The notes beneath the pieces were generated by a model. That model was not told the origin of the DNA. It did not search any database and worked only from the letters and a program-made list of their open reading frames with translations. 64,000 nt of DNA, taken from NCBI GenBank assembly GCA_000992345.1, contig LBUA01000001.1, positions 13,542 through 77,541 of the forward strand. Reading direction: 5' to 3'. This DNA comes from Parcubacteria group bacterium GW2011_GWD2_38_12 (GTDB lineage: Bacteria; Patescibacteriota; Minisyncoccia; GWC2-36-17). Below, one piece after another: positions 1 through 8,564 of the stretch. Within the stretch, counting starts at the first letter, position 1. Each line of letters starts with the position of its first letter. A program made the position numbers and the translations under genes.

Positions 1-25
1 TGCTCGCGCGAATATCAATACGGCC

Positions 26-796
26 ATGTCCAGTATAAATACCCAGAAGCAAGCAATATCCGCGCAAAAATCTACGAATCAAAATAATATTGATGCAGCT
101 AAAGCGCAAATTTCAAGCGCAGAAAGCGCTCTGAATGTCGCAAATTCTCAGCTTGTGTTCAAAAAGGCGCTGCCAAGGAGCGAGGATATTGAAATCGCCA
201 AAGCTCAAGTATCGGAAATAGAAAATCAAATTGCGGCGGTAAGAGAAAAAATACGCAAGGCGACTCTTTCATCTCCCATACCGGCGAAAATTTCTAAAAT
301 CTTTTTTAAGGAAAAAGAATTTTTTAGAACAGGACAATCCGCTGTTTCGCTTATTGCTTTCGATTTTAAAATCCAAGCCGATATTTCGGAATTGGAAATA
401 GGAAAAATCAATGATTCGGACGGTAATAATGTTTCCGTGCAATTTGATGCTTTTGCGGGAGAAATGTTCTCCGGCAAAGTTGTTTCCATTGAACCAAAAG
501 AGGTTTTGAAGGATGGAGATAAATATTATCGTGCGGATATTTATTTTGAAGACAGGGGAATCTCTATTCGTCCGGGTATGAGCGCTGATTTGATGATAAA
601 AATACAATTTAAGGAAAATGTGGTTAAAATTCCAGAAATAGTTGTTTATAAAAAAGACAAGAAAAAATTTGTCATTCTTTCTGAAAATGGCAATCAAAAA
701 GAAACGGAAATTGAGACTGGAATTTCAGATGGGGAATTAATTGAGGTGACAAAAGGACTTTCTGAGGGGCAAATTGTAATTATGTCAATAAAATAA
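26..796 (+). CDS. Efflux transporter periplasmic adaptor (membrane fusion protein, HlyD/MacA-like). Reading frame is open to the window start, so the gene is 5'-truncated.
   Basis: Has the C-terminal beta-barrel/membrane-proximal region typical of MFPs. Followed directly by an ABC ATPase and an FtsX-type permease, giving MacAB-like operon order. Confidence 0.6.
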   Translation: MSSINTQKQAISAQKSTNQNNIDAAKAQISSAESALNVANSQLVFKKALPRSEDIEIAKAQVSEIENQIAAVREKIRKATLSSPIPAKISKIFFKEKEFFRTGQSAVSLIAFDFKIQADISELEIGKINDSDGNNVSVQFDAFAGEMFSGKVVSIEPKEVLKDGDKYYRADIYFEDRGISIRPGMSADLMIKIQFKENVVKIPEIVVYKKDKKKFVILSENGNQKETEIETGISDGELIEVTKGLSEGQIVIMSIK

Positions 797-910
797 AGGT
801 TTTTCGGGACTTCCGGGCTCTTTTTTGAGGCATTAAACCTATATTTCGTTTTTGCTCATCGCCCGTGCTTATTGCAGGCAGGATAAACGAAATAAGCGAG
901 TGATATTTTA

Positions 911-1798
911 ATGAGAAAAACAAGCGTACAAAACAATACAATAAACAATACTGGCGAGGGGATGTTTGATCCGGTTTGCGGGATGAATTTAAAAGGGATT
1001 GATGAATTTAAAAAAAATCAATTAGCGGAAAAGGGATTATTTTTTTGTAGCGATCATTGTAAAAGCCGATTTGAAAAGAACCCGGAAAAATTCCAAAATG
1101 AACCGTTAATCAAACTCAGAAATGTTCAGAAAGTTTTTAATCTGGGCGGAGTGGATACTTATGCGTTAAAAGACCTTGATATTTATATTTGGGAAGGAGA
1201 TTTTGTGGCGATTATAGGCGCTTCAGGATCGGGGAAAAGCACGGCTTTGAATATGATAGGTCTTTTAGACAAACCGACTTCCGGCGACATTTTTTTAAAG
1301 GGGGTTAATATATCCGATTTAAATGATGAAGAAAAAACAAAGTTTCGTTCAGAGACCTTCGGCTTTATTTTTCAGCAATATAATTTAATACCCTGGTTGA
1401 CTGCTTTTGAAAATATTTCATTACCATTGATTTTTTCCGGCAAAGGTATTAATAATAAAAAAATCAATGCGAGTATTGAGGGAATCGGTCTTGGGGGAAG
1501 GTCTTTGCATCGCCCATTTGAGCTTTCCGGAGGCGAACAGCAAAGAGTTGCTTTGCTTCGCGCGCTCGTTAGCGATCCGGATATAATACTTGGCGATGAG
1601 CCGACCGGAAACCTTGATTCCAGCACAGGAAATAAGCTGTTGGATATATTGCTGGATTTGAATAAAAAGGAAGGCAAAACATTGTTAATTGTCACTCATG
1701 ATGCCGATATAGCGGGAAAAGCGGATCAAATCATAACTATGAAAGACGGGAAAGCGATAAAAGACCATCAGGTTTATAAAAAAATATATACAGAGTAA
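911..1798 (+). CDS. ABC transporter ATP-binding protein (MacB/LolD-like) with an N-terminal YHS-like zinc-ribbon metal-binding domain
   Basis: Walker A GASGSGKST, ABC signature LSGGEQQRVALLRAL, Walker B ILGDEPT and H-loop VTHD. N-terminal DPVCGM...FFCSDHCKSRFEKNPEKF matches the YHS domain pattern. Confidence 0.85.
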   Translation: MRKTSVQNNTINNTGEGMFDPVCGMNLKGIDEFKKNQLAEKGLFFCSDHCKSRFEKNPEKFQNEPLIKLRNVQKVFNLGGVDTYALKDLDIYIWEGDFVAIIGASGSGKSTALNMIGLLDKPTSGDIFLKGVNISDLNDEEKTKFRSETFGFIFQQYNLIPWLTAFENISLPLIFSGKGINNKKINASIEGIGLGGRSLHRPFELSGGEQQRVALLRALVSDPDIILGDEPTGNLDSSTGNKLLDILLDLNKKEGKTLLIVTHDADIAGKADQIITMKDGKAIKDHQVYKKIYTE

Positions 1799-1825
1799 AC
1801 GATTTTTAAATCTTAGACGCGTTAT

Positions 1826-3031
1826 ATGCTCAAAAATTTTATAATTTTAATTTTAAAAGGTGTCAGACACAGGCCCATCAGAAGTTGGTTGACTATTTTA
1901 GGGATTATTATCGGAGTGATGCTTGTAATAATGATTCTTTCTTTGAGCGCCGGAGTTCAGAATGCGATTAGCAGTACATTGCAAATGTTCGGTTCAGACT
2001 TGATTATTATTTTTCCCGGCAAGGAAACAAACCCTATTGCCGGAATTTTGGCCGGCCAAAAATTCAAAGAACAGGATATTATGGATCTTGAAAATATTGA
2101 AGGGGTTGATTCTGTGGCTCCGATGACTATCGGGACATTGAATGTTGATTTTAAGGGGGAGAAGAAATCTGTCGCTTTTCATGCTTCTTATTGGGATAAA
2201 ATGAAAAGCATTTTTGAAGAATCGCGTGGCGTGAAATTGGAAATCGGCGCATGGCCGCAGAATGAAGATGCTAACGAAGTGGTCCTTGGGTATTTAGCCG
2301 CAAACAGTCTTTTTAAAAATAAAATTCAGGCAGGAGATGAAATCATTGTTCAATCAAAAAGGTTGAAAGTATCTGGTATTATGGCGCGGCTCGGCATTCA
2401 GGAGGATGATAATTCCATGTATATGTCTTGGAATATGTTTCATAATATTTCCGGATTAAAGCCGGGAGTTATGTCGGCCTTAGTCAGGGTTGTCCCTGGG
2501 GGAAATATCGAGTTTATTGCCCAGCAGATAAGATTTCAGCTTCAGAAACAGGAGGTTGTCCGTGATTTTTCCGTTTTAAGTCCGGAAAAAGCCGGCCGCA
2601 TAGTTGGCGATATATTATCCATAGTGGAATTGGTGTTGCTTCTAATCGCCATGGTTTCTTTGCTTGTTGGCGCGGTTGGGATTATGAATACAATCTATAC
2701 TTCGGTTTTAGAACGTACAAAGCAGATAGGAATCATGAAAGCCATCGGAGCTTCATCAGAAAGTATTCTGATGCTGTTTTTAATAGAGTCGGGAGTTATT
2801 GGTATTATTGGAGGAGTTTTAGGGGTGGTTGTCGGTATTATTTTCGCTTGGATTGCCGGTTTTATAGCTTCGCGTTTTGGGATTAACGGACTTTTTTCTT
2901 TCGCTTCGCTTGATTTTTTTGGATTTTTCGCCATTTTAATTATTACTTTTATAACCGGCATTGTCTCCGGTATTTTGCCGGCGCGCCAAGCGGCAAAGAT
3001 GGAGCCAGCCGAAGCATTAAGATATGAATAA
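1826..3031 (+). CDS. ABC transporter permease, FtsX/MacB-type, with a large periplasmic loop
   Basis: N-terminal TM helix, roughly 200-aa extracytoplasmic domain and a C-terminal FtsX-like 3-TM bundle. Starts 28 nt after the upstream ABC ATPase stop codon. Confidence 0.8.
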   Translation: MLKNFIILILKGVRHRPIRSWLTILGIIIGVMLVIMILSLSAGVQNAISSTLQMFGSDLIIIFPGKETNPIAGILAGQKFKEQDIMDLENIEGVDSVAPMTIGTLNVDFKGEKKSVAFHASYWDKMKSIFEESRGVKLEIGAWPQNEDANEVVLGYLAANSLFKNKIQAGDEIIVQSKRLKVSGIMARLGIQEDDNSMYMSWNMFHNISGLKPGVMSALVRVVPGGNIEFIAQQIRFQLQKQEVVRDFSVLSPEKAGRIVGDILSIVELVLLLIAMVSLLVGAVGIMNTIYTSVLERTKQIGIMKAIGASSESILMLFLIESGVIGIIGGVLGVVVGIIFAWIAGFIASRFGINGLFSFASLDFFGFFAILIITFITGIVSGILPARQAAKMEPAEALRYE

Positions 3032-5165
3032 TAAAATTATGTATACTTGTCCAATGCATTTAGAAATTATCAGAGAGCTTCCCGGAGAATGTCCAAAATG
3101 CGGGATGAAACTTGTTGAGAGTAAAGAGGGTAAGGGGAAGAGTAAAGAGATGGGTTACGAAAGTCGCGCTTTAATCGACAGTGCGCGACACGATTCTGCA
3201 GAATCGCATGCAGGGCATAAGGCCGAAGATTTTTTGAAAAAGTTTTTAGTGAGTTTGGCGTTGACCATACCAGTTTTATTTTATTCTGATGTTATTCAGA
3301 AATTGATTGGTTGGTCACCACCGAGTTTTTACGGGTCGCAATATCTTGCTTTTATTTTAAGCTCTTTTGTGTTTTTTTACGGCGGTTTTATTTTTTTGCG
3401 CGGCGCTTTCTCAGAATTAAAAGCGCGACTTCCCGGAATGATGACTTTGATTACGATTGCAATTTCTGTCGCGTATCTCTATAGCGTATTTACGGTGTTT
3501 TCCGGCAAAGGCGAAAATCTTTTTTGGGAATTGACCACCTTAATCACAATAATGCTGCTTGGCCATTGGATTGAAATGCGAGCGGTTCAAGGCACCGAGA
3601 AAACATTGAAAGAATTGGCAAAACTTTTACCGGATAAAGCAGAGGTGGTAAAGGGCGCGCAAACGGAAATTATTTCGCTCAGCGAATTAAAGTTTGATGA
3701 TATTGTTTTTATAAGGCCCGGAGGGAAAATTCCGGCTGATGGAGCTGTGATAGAGGGAAAATCAGACGTTAATGAATCAATGATTACCGGAGAATCAAAT
3801 CTAGTAGAAAAAACAATCGGTAGCGAAGTAATTGCCGGCACGATAAATAGCGACGGCGTTTTAAAGGTAAAAATTACTAAAATAGGAGAGCAGACTTTTT
3901 TGGCTGGCGTGATGCGCTTAGTATCTAGCGCTCAAACATCAAAATCGCGCTTACAAATATTATCTGATAGAGCCGCATTTTACTTGACTCTTGTGGCTAT
4001 TATTTCCGCAATCACGACATTTTTTTTGTGGTTTTTTATAGGAGGAAATTTGGTTTTTGCCATAGAAAGATTCGTTGTTGTGCTTGTAATTGCCTGCCCC
4101 CACGCTTTGGGACTTGCCATTCCGCTTGTTGCATCAATCTCCACATCGCTTGGCGCAAAAAATGGTTTATTGATCAGACAGCGTCTTGCGCTTGAAGCCG
4201 CTAGAAAAATAGATATTGTTCTATTTGATAAGACCGGCACCTTAACTAAAGGGGAATATGGCGTTGAAGAAATTTTCCCCATAAAAGCCGATCAAGATAC
4301 GATTCTTCATTTGGCGGCATCAATTGACGCTTATTCCGAGCATATGGTGTCAAAAGCCATTGTCAGGAAATTCAAGGAAAAAAATAAAGCGTTTCTTGAG
4401 GTAAAAGACTTCACTAGAGTTCCCGGCAAAGGTGTTAGAGGAATTATAAACAAAGAAGAAGTGTTGGCTGGAGGAGCATCTATTTTGGACGATGAAAAAA
4501 TTATTGTTGCGGAAAATACAAAAAAAATAATTGAAGAAGAAAGTAAAAAAGGCAGAACAATTATTTTTGTTATTAAAAATAAAGAAATTTTAGGGATAAT
4601 ATCGCTTGGCGATGTGGTGCGCGAAGAATCAGAAGAAGCAGTTTTACAACTTCAAAATATGGGCGTGAATGTGGCGATGATTACCGGGGATTCGGAAGAT
4701 GTTGCCAGATGGGTGGCAAAAGATTTGGATATTAGCGAGTATTTTGCGAAAGTTTTGCCTCACGAAAAAGTGGAGAAAGTAAAAATTTTACAATCAAAAG
4801 GCTTTAAGGTGGCGATGGTCGGAGATGGCATTAATGATGCGCCGGCGTTGACCCAGGCAGATTTGGGTATTGCCATTGGCGCCGGGACAAATGTGGCGAT
4901 TGAATCTGCGGGAATTATTTTAGTAAAAAATGACCCTCGCGATATTGTAAAAATAATTAAACTTTCCAAAGCCACTTATCGTAAAATGATACAGAATTTA
5001 TTCTGGGCGACTGGATACAATATTGTGGCTTTGCCATTAGCAGCCGGTATTTTGGCATCAAAAGGGATATTGCTTCAGCCAGCATTAGCGGCATTATTTA
5101 TGTCGGCAAGCACCATTATTGTCGCCGTGAATGCAATGTTTTTGCGACGATCAAAATTTGATTAG
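3024..5165 (+). CDS. Heavy-metal (copper) translocating P1B-type ATPase with an N-terminal CxxC...CxxC zinc-ribbon metal-binding domain
   Basis: DKTGTLT phosphorylation motif, TGES, GDGINDAPAL, membrane CPH motif (IACPHALGLA), and N-terminal YTCPMH...GECPKCGM ribbon. CPH instead of CPC suggests the CopB-like P1B-3 subgroup. Confidence 0.9.
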   Translation: MNNKIMYTCPMHLEIIRELPGECPKCGMKLVESKEGKGKSKEMGYESRALIDSARHDSAESHAGHKAEDFLKKFLVSLALTIPVLFYSDVIQKLIGWSPPSFYGSQYLAFILSSFVFFYGGFIFLRGAFSELKARLPGMMTLITIAISVAYLYSVFTVFSGKGENLFWELTTLITIMLLGHWIEMRAVQGTEKTLKELAKLLPDKAEVVKGAQTEIISLSELKFDDIVFIRPGGKIPADGAVIEGKSDVNESMITGESNLVEKTIGSEVIAGTINSDGVLKVKITKIGEQTFLAGVMRLVSSAQTSKSRLQILSDRAAFYLTLVAIISAITTFFLWFFIGGNLVFAIERFVVVLVIACPHALGLAIPLVASISTSLGAKNGLLIRQRLALEAARKIDIVLFDKTGTLTKGEYGVEEIFPIKADQDTILHLAASIDAYSEHMVSKAIVRKFKEKNKAFLEVKDFTRVPGKGVRGIINKEEVLAGGASILDDEKIIVAENTKKIIEEESKKGRTIIFVIKNKEILGIISLGDVVREESEEAVLQLQNMGVNVAMITGDSEDVARWVAKDLDISEYFAKVLPHEKVEKVKILQSKGFKVAMVGDGINDAPALTQADLGIAIGAGTNVAIESAGIILVKNDPRDIVKIIKLSKATYRKMIQNLFWATGYNIVALPLAAGILASKGILLQPALAALFMSASTIIVAVNAMFLRRSKFD

Positions 5166-5215
5166 TGGAATTGGCGGCAACAAGTATAATAAAAGAATAA
5201 TTTGTTTAATTTATC

Positions 5216-5770
5216 TTGATTATTATGGATGTATTTTCACACGGCCTTTGGAGTGGGGCTGTTTACAAAATTATTAATGCAAAAATTAAAAAGCCATTGA
5301 ATATCAAGTGGGCGGTTATTTTTGGCATATTCCCGGATTTTTTTTCATTTGCGCCATCATTTATCTTTATGTTTTGGGGATTAATTTTCGGCGGTATGAA
5401 TTTTGCTGATTGGCCGCGACCCGATGAATTGGAGCCATTTCCGCCGGATACCCTATTTATTTTTAAATTAACGAATTTTCTCTATAGTATGACTCATAGT
5501 TTAGTGATTTTTCTTGTTATATTTGGCGTTGTGTATCTGATTTTTAAAAGACCAATTTGGGAAATGGGTGCATGGATATTTCATATTTTGATAGATATTC
5601 CTACACATAGTTATGCATTTTATCCGACGCCGTTTTTGTGGCCATTTTCCAATATCAAACTTGATGGATTATCTTGGGCGAATCCATGGTTTTTAGCTGT
5701 TGAGTATTCGTTGGTTATTTCTATTTATCTCTATTTTTATTTCAGAAATAAAAATAAATTACGCATATAA
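5216..5770 (+). CDS. Integral membrane protein, possibly a membrane-bound metal-dependent hydrolase (YdjM/DUF457-like)
   Basis: Multiple TM helices with conserved His positions (HGLW, THS, HILIDIPTHS). Confidence 0.35.
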   Translation: MIIMDVFSHGLWSGAVYKIINAKIKKPLNIKWAVIFGIFPDFFSFAPSFIFMFWGLIFGGMNFADWPRPDELEPFPPDTLFIFKLTNFLYSMTHSLVIFLVIFGVVYLIFKRPIWEMGAWIFHILIDIPTHSYAFYPTPFLWPFSNIKLDGLSWANPWFLAVEYSLVISIYLYFYFRNKNKLRI

Positions 5771-6091
5771 TAATTTAGTTTATATGGTATAAAAACCGCA
5801 TAAATAAGCGGATTTTAGGCGGTTTTAGTCTCTTTAGCTATTGACTTTTTCGGGACGTTATGCTAAGATTGTTTTTACGCCATTGATTTTCAGTGGTGTT
5901 TTATTTTGCCTAGCGGAAAGTTTAATTATCGAGAAATAATTTTGAATAAAGTTTGTAATTTATTTGAAATTTATGCGAGGTCCAGCTGATATTTTCGACG
6001 GATTCTTTTTTAAGAATAAGTTGAGGATTAGGCGCTTATCCATAAAATCGAGATTAATGAAGGATAAGTTTGTTTTTGTGACAAATCTAAT

Positions 6092-6634
6092 ATGGTTACA
6101 TTGACGAGTATAGCGGTTTTATCCGGGTTGCTCCTTGGTATTACTGCTCCCGGAAATATAATTTTAGACAGTAAAAATGATGATGTAAGGGGATTTGCGG
6201 TTGAATTTGCGATAGATGGCTGGTCGGAAAATAGTATGAAGGCCAGTAATTCAAGCGCTATTAAGATTTCTCAGAAGACTATAAAAAATAGGAATTACAT
6301 TGCCATTGAAAGTGGCGATGTAACTGTTACGGCTTATTCTTCGACTTTTGACCAGACGGATGATTCCCCGTTTATTATGGCTTCGGGAAAATATGTTTAT
6401 GACGGAGCAATCGCGGCAAATTTCTTGTCTATTGGCACTAAAGTCCGTTTTCCGGAAAAATACGGCGATAAGATATTCACTGTAGAAGACAGAATGAATA
6501 AAAGATATGATTATAGGATGGATATTTGGATGGAAACCAGACAAGAAGCTCAAAGTTTCGGTTTAAGAAAATTGAAATATGAAATAGTGAAAGATGATTC
6601 TGATGCATTTCATAATATTGTAGCTGTTAAATAA
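6092..6634 (+). CDS. 3D-domain cell-wall-associated protein (MltA/YuiC-like 3D domain)
   Basis: N-terminal hydrophobic signal/anchor. The C-terminal YSSTFDQTDDSPFIMASGKYVYDGAIAANFLSIGTKVRF...RMDIWM segment matches the 3D domain with its conserved Asp residues. Confidence 0.7.
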   Translation: MVTLTSIAVLSGLLLGITAPGNIILDSKNDDVRGFAVEFAIDGWSENSMKASNSSAIKISQKTIKNRNYIAIESGDVTVTAYSSTFDQTDDSPFIMASGKYVYDGAIAANFLSIGTKVRFPEKYGDKIFTVEDRMNKRYDYRMDIWMETRQEAQSFGLRKLKYEIVKDDSDAFHNIVAVK

Positions 6635-6675
6635 AAACTAAAACCGTCCGCCTAAGGCGGACGGTTTTAGTTTTA
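6634..6675. terminator. Bidirectional rho-independent terminator between convergent genes
   Basis: Perfect hairpin aaaaccgtccgcc-TAAG-ggcggacggtttt flanked by A/T runs on both sides. Confidence 0.8.
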
Positions 6676-6691
6676 AGTGCTCTTAGTCTGT

Positions 6692-7051
6692 TTATATTGT
6701 TGTTTGTATTGATGTTTCTTCGGTCAGTAGTTTATAAAGCGCAAGACCTGCCAAGAAATCAACAGCAACAAACATAACGTCCGTAAGGCCAGTCATGATT
6801 GCCACTGCAATGCCAGCATCGGTTTTCATGAAAAAATGATATAGGCCGGCAACGGCAAGTAAGGTGTTTAGATAAAATCCATACTCAATTGTTTGTTTTC
6901 TTGCCATGAGGATCGTCACAATTACGGCATCAAATAAAGTCACCCACATCAGCCAGCTGATTTGGGGATGTAATTTGCCATGAAGGAGCGTGGCGGCCGC
7001 AGGCATTAGAAAAAGTATGGCGAGCAATGAATATTGGATAAGTTTGTTCAT
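6692..7051 (-). CDS. DoxX-family small membrane protein
   Basis: About 119 aa with 4 TM helices and DoxX-like composition. Confidence 0.5.
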   Translation of the reverse strand: MNKLIQYSLLAILFLMPAAATLLHGKLHPQISWLMWVTLFDAVIVTILMARKQTIEYGFYLNTLLAVAGLYHFFMKTDAGIAVAIMTGLTDVMFVAVDFLAGLALYKLLTEETSIQTTI

Positions 7052-7198
7052 TTCTATTTTATTGGTTAATTATAAATATGACGACCTTTAATATATCAAA
7101 TAATGATGAATATAATAAATTATTCATTAATATTAATACATCGGTTATGGGTTATGCAATAGTTAAAAATGTGGCCGTTAGTTAAGGACTTTATTATT

Positions 7199-7276
7199 CC
7201 CCGCAATATAAGAAGGATATGTTGTGTTATCCTTCTTATATTGCGGGGTTTGACAATTTTGAGAAAAGAGTATAAT
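7199..7276. promoter_or_regulatory. Perfect 20-bp-arm inverted repeat directly abutting a near-consensus sigma70-like promoter (TTGACA-15-TATAAT)
   Basis: ccccgcaatataagaaggat / atccttcttatattgcgggg with a 10-nt loop. Followed by tttgacaattttgagaaaagagtataat. Confidence 0.5.
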
Positions 7277-7406
7277 ATAGTAATAATTTAAGTTGGGCAG
7301 ATGATTCTCGGAAAGAGTGGCATTGGTCCAGCGAATGAAAAGGTCGTTGTTAGATTACGATATAAAATTTGATAGTTTTAAAGCTATTAAATTTTAAGCT
7401 AAGAAC

Positions 7407-7715
7407 ATGACAGCAAAAACAGTTGATCAAGAATTTCTTGAATATCTTATCAAATCGATTGTTACCCATCCTGAAGAGGTGAAGGTTGACAGGAAGGTTG
7501 ACGAAATGGGAGTTTTATTAACTCTCAAGGTTAACAAAGAAGACATGGGAACTATTATTGGGCGTGGTGGAGATACTGCAAAAGCCATCAGGAGTTTGGT
7601 GAGAATTGTTGGTTTAAAAAATAATGCCAGAGTTAATTTAAAGATTGAAGAGCCGGAAGGCGGCACTGGCGGTAATTCAAAAAGATCTGCCGATATTGGA
7701 GATCTAGACCTTTAG
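7407..7715 (+). CDS. KH-domain RNA-binding protein (KhpA/YlqC-like, UPF0109)
   Basis: GXXG KH motif [15 protein letters not shown]. Located immediately upstream of trmD, as in the rpsP-khpA-rimM-trmD cluster. Confidence 0.75.
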   Translation: MTAKTVDQEFLEYLIKSIVTHPEEVKVDRKVDEMGVLLTLKVNKEDMGTIIGRGGDTAKAIRSLVRIVGLKNNARVNLKIEEPEGGTGGNSKRSADIGDLDL

Positions 7716-7730
7716 TTTTTCACAAAATAC

Positions 7731-7762
7731 AAAACCCCTCATTTTGAGGGGTTTTGTATTTT
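7731..7762 (+). terminator. Rho-independent terminator
   Basis: aaaacccctc-atttt-gaggggtttt hairpin followed by a T-run. Confidence 0.75.
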
Positions 7763-7779
7763 GTGTTAATGTAAAATTA

Positions 7780-8436
7780 ATGATCAAATTTGATATAATA
7801 ACAATCTTCCCCGAAATTTTCAGCTCGTATTTTGGTAAATCCATTTTAAAGCGCGCGCAGGAGAATGAGTTGATAAAAATCGGCGTTCACGATTTGCGTA
7901 AATTTTCCATTGACAAACACAAAAAAGTGGATGACAAAGCATATGGCGGAGGACCGGGGATGGTGCTCAAAATTGAACCAATTGTTAGAGCAATTGGTTC
8001 AATTTTGAAGTTAAAAGTTAAAAGTAAAAAGTTAAAAGTAAAAAGCAGAGTTATATTATTTTCTACTCGGGGGAAAAAATTCAACAATAAAATTGCCGAA
8101 AAATTGGTAAAATATGATCAATTGATTTTAATTTGCGGTAGATATGAAGGGGTGGACGAGAGGGTAGCCAAATATATTGCCGATGAGGAAATATCCATTG
8201 GAGAGTATGTTTTGACTGGCGGTGAAATTCCGGCGATGGTTTTGGTGGATGCGGTTAGTCGCCATATTCCCGGAGTTTTAGGCAAGCAAGAATCATTAGA
8301 GGAAATAAAGGGATCGTATCCGGTTTATACGCGTCCAGAAGTTTTTGAGATGAGAAATAAAAATTTGCGCGTGCCGAAAGTTTTATTATCCGGCGATCAT
8401 AAAAAAATAGAAGAATGGAGGGAGAAATTTCACTAA
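7780..8436 (+). CDS. trmD: tRNA (guanine37-N1)-methyltransferase TrmD, carrying a Lys-rich insertion from an AAAGTTA heptamer repeat
   Basis: [13 protein letters not shown]-terminus, [16 protein letters not shown] and [11 protein letters not shown] motifs. The annotated ORF start at 7744 overlaps the upstream terminator, so the start is placed at Met 7780. Confidence 0.9.
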   Translation: MIKFDIITIFPEIFSSYFGKSILKRAQENELIKIGVHDLRKFSIDKHKKVDDKAYGGGPGMVLKIEPIVRAIGSILKLKVKSKKLKVKSRVILFSTRGKKFNNKIAEKLVKYDQLILICGRYEGVDERVAKYIADEEISIGEYVLTGGEIPAMVLVDAVSRHIPGVLGKQESLEEIKGSYPVYTRPEVFEMRNKNLRVPKVLLSGDHKKIEEWREKFH

Positions 8437-8564
8437 TTGCAAATTTATCAGTCGTAAATCGCGGATTATTTAATTGACCCCTTAGGAATTGTCTATATTA
8501 TATAAGATTTAAAAATTTATATAGAGTGTTATAATGGTTATAAGAATATTAAAGAATAAATAAA

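Noticed and set aside
5771-6091. Long AT-rich leader upstream of the 3D-domain cell-wall gene considered as a c-di-AMP (ydaO-type) riboswitch
   Set aside because: The expected conserved ACGGGGA / pseudoknot segments of the ydaO-yuaA class are not visible. Only a promoter-like TTGACT-N17-TAAGAT and a small hairpin (ggattaggcgcttatcc) are seen. Left as an unexplained long leader.
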